Of a stretch of DNA of 64,000 nucleotides, positions 61,867 to 64,000 are shown piece by piece. The notes under the pieces were generated by a model. The model saw only the letters and a list, made by a program, of their open reading frames with translations, did not search any database and was not told the origin of the DNA. The DNA lies in assembly GCA_030390025.1 (NCBI GenBank), contig CM059431.1:128094001-128158000 (forward strand). The letters run 5' to 3'. The position numbers and the translations under genes were made by a program. This DNA is from Squalus acanthias. Taxonomy: Eukaryota. The number at the start of each line of letters is the position of its first letter. The first letter of the stretch is position 1.

Positions 61867-63732
61867 TTACTTCCCCTCTTTACAGTGCCTTTTCCTAATC
61901 TACTGCTCCAACGTAGTCTGTCCCCAGTGGCTGCAGCAGGCCTGGTGAAAGGCTGCTGAGAGTCGGTGCCAGAGACTACAGATGGCCTTGCAGAATGCCC
62001 TCGACCAGTTTTGAGCCAACGTCACCACCTCAGCATGGGCGGCAGCAGTCTGGGCTGACTAGATGACAGGCAGTGACAAGGGCAATGGCGGAGTAGCAGT
62101 GGTGGGAGCAGGAATGCTGTCATCCTGTGAGAGGACAGTAGGTTCCTGCTCGACTGACACACTGACACTCTCCCGGGGCAGTACCTCAGCATCCGGGGCA
62201 ATCTGCTGGAGCACAGATTGTTGGCCTGCTGCGACACTGTCAGATCCCCGGTGGACTGTGGTGGACCCAGCGATGATGGCAGCATTCAGAGCTTCCATGG
62301 CATCAAGCTGAGACTGCATGAGAGCAGTCTGTGATTCGATGGCAGCAACCATTTACTGCATTACAGCACTAAGACGTTGCGTGGCTTCCGCCTGTGCTGC
62401 AATGGATGCTGCCACATCGCCCATGACACGCGGCATGAGGTCTGGGTCCCCATGGTCTCTCAGGGAGTCCACCATCCTTCGCAGACTGCCAAGGATGGGC
62501 TCCATGGTGTGCGCAGAGCTCTGTGCAATGTTGGAGGCGGACTCCTCCATGCTCCTTACCATTGCCGAGACGCTCTCGGGCACCCTTGCCATTGCACCTA
62601 TCATCTCCGTGTGCCTGACCATCACCCTTATTGTGAGTGCCTCCCCATCAAGGTCCTCATCTGAGTCCTGTGCAGCAAAACTCGCACGCGAACTTGCCCT
62701 CTGGGAACCTGCCTCCTGAGCTACCCTTTCCCCCTGGCCTTGCTGCAGCCCACTCGTCCCCGGTGCATCACCCAGTGCAGACCCCTCTACTAAACTTACC
62801 TCTAAAGATCACATAGTCCCAGTATCTGAGGTGGTGCCTGCAGGTGAGACATGCAGTGACGCGGTGCTTTCTTCCTCCTCCTCTTCTCCTGCCTCACTCT
62901 CACTGTGAGGCTCAGGGACAGGCTGGTCATCTGGTTGCTGATTACCTGAAAGCATAAAGCCACTAGTGTCGCATTAAGGTGAGGGCAGGGGTGGCAGGAA
63001 TGGAGCAAGGAATGCAGACAGTATAATGAACTGTAAAGTGGGAAAGGCTTGTGCTGCGAGGGGGAAGTGGGATGAGAGAAGGAGATGGGATGAACATGCC
63101 GTTGTTGCCCCCAAGGGGGTCAACATCGCTGACGGCCACGGCGCCCACCACCTGGCGCCCAATGACTCTCAACACTCATTCCTCCAGGTCTGTAAGCTGT
63201 TGAATGTCCGCTTCACCCCCGCCTGTTCGTTGCTGCTCCCTTCTATTGAGGGCCAGCTTGGCCTGCAAGAGAAAGGAAAGTGTGTGAGTGAGTGTGCAGC
63301 TATGTGTTTGGGAGATGTGCCTGCCATACTTGAATAGCTGTGATTGTAGGCAAGGTGTGAGATGTGGATGTGAGTTTGAGTAGGTGGAGATGCTTGATGG
63401 GTGAGTGGTGGGGGTGTGGTGGTGTGTGCAGTGTGTACAGACTGAGGTTCAGATCCTGGTATGTAGGACTTGTTGAAGCATGTACTCACCCTGACCACTC
63501 GAGTGAGGTTGTTGAATTTTTTATGGCACTGTGTGTGGGTCCTGATGACCACACTGCTGGCCGAGAGGTCCTGGGCCACTTCCCTCCACATTGCCCTGAA
63601 GACATGCGGCAATGGCCTCCTGCCAGTGGCCAGGAACAGCACTGCCATCCTTCTTTCGACTGCCGCGACCAATGCCTCGAATGCCTGGGCGCTGGAACGG
63701 CGAGCTCTCTCCCTGGGACTGGGATCAGCCAT
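61867..63732 (-). pseudogene. Harbinger Myb/SANT-like gene, 3 exons, disrupted
   Basis: Exons 63732-63490, 63262-63100, 62945-61867; stops in exons 2 and 3; second donor reads GC. Confidence 0.82.
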
Positions 63733-64000
63733 GAGGATAAGAGGTGTAGCTGTTGAGTTGCTTGGAGGTCGCCTTCAGAGCCAGCAATGTTGAGAATGAG
63801 GTTGTGCCGAATCTTCAACCTTCCCTATAAGAGCTGGAAGGAGCCAGTGTGAATGATGAGTCCCGACTGGAGTGCACCTGAAATTGGTTATAGCTGTGCA
63901 GGTAGCACCCTGCTCTCTGTGTGCAGCGCCCTAAGTTAGGTGATTAGCGCTTGATTTAGCGCTCCAGTTCGCTCTTGGAGCGCTAACAATCAATTTAGCG

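Larger units (their letters stand above)
60034..64000. mobile_element. Harbinger transposon (continues past window end)
   Basis: TIR GGGGAAGAAATT, TAGCGC repeats at both ends, convergent genes. Confidence 0.88.

Overview
Repeat-saturated vertebrate genomic DNA, almost certainly a cartilaginous fish (shark-type HE1/V-SINE with CR1 tail, DeuSINE, abundant CR1 LINEs). I recognise no host-gene exon; most of the window is nested transposable elements. Content: (1) about eight PIF/Harbinger DNA transposons with a convergent HARBI1-like DDE transposase and a 3-exon Myb/SANT gene, plus MITEs. The copy at 41358-45561 keeps both reading frames open, with TIRs and TSD. (2) About nine CR1 LINE copies, one full length and one with an uninterrupted 552-aa RT frame. 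(3) An L2 fragment and SINEs. (4) Penelope-like insertions carrying four intact minimal hammerhead ribozymes. (5) Two solo LTRs. (6) An internally deleted retrovirus-like LTR element (33231-37029) with a tRNA-Arg(TCG) PBS, a CCHC gag, an in-frame UGA-CUAG gag/pro readthrough junction, a retroviral-type RNase H remnant, and a 63-bp templated patch at its deletion junction. Family names rest on motif recognition, not database searches. Boundaries marked approximate were read by eye.
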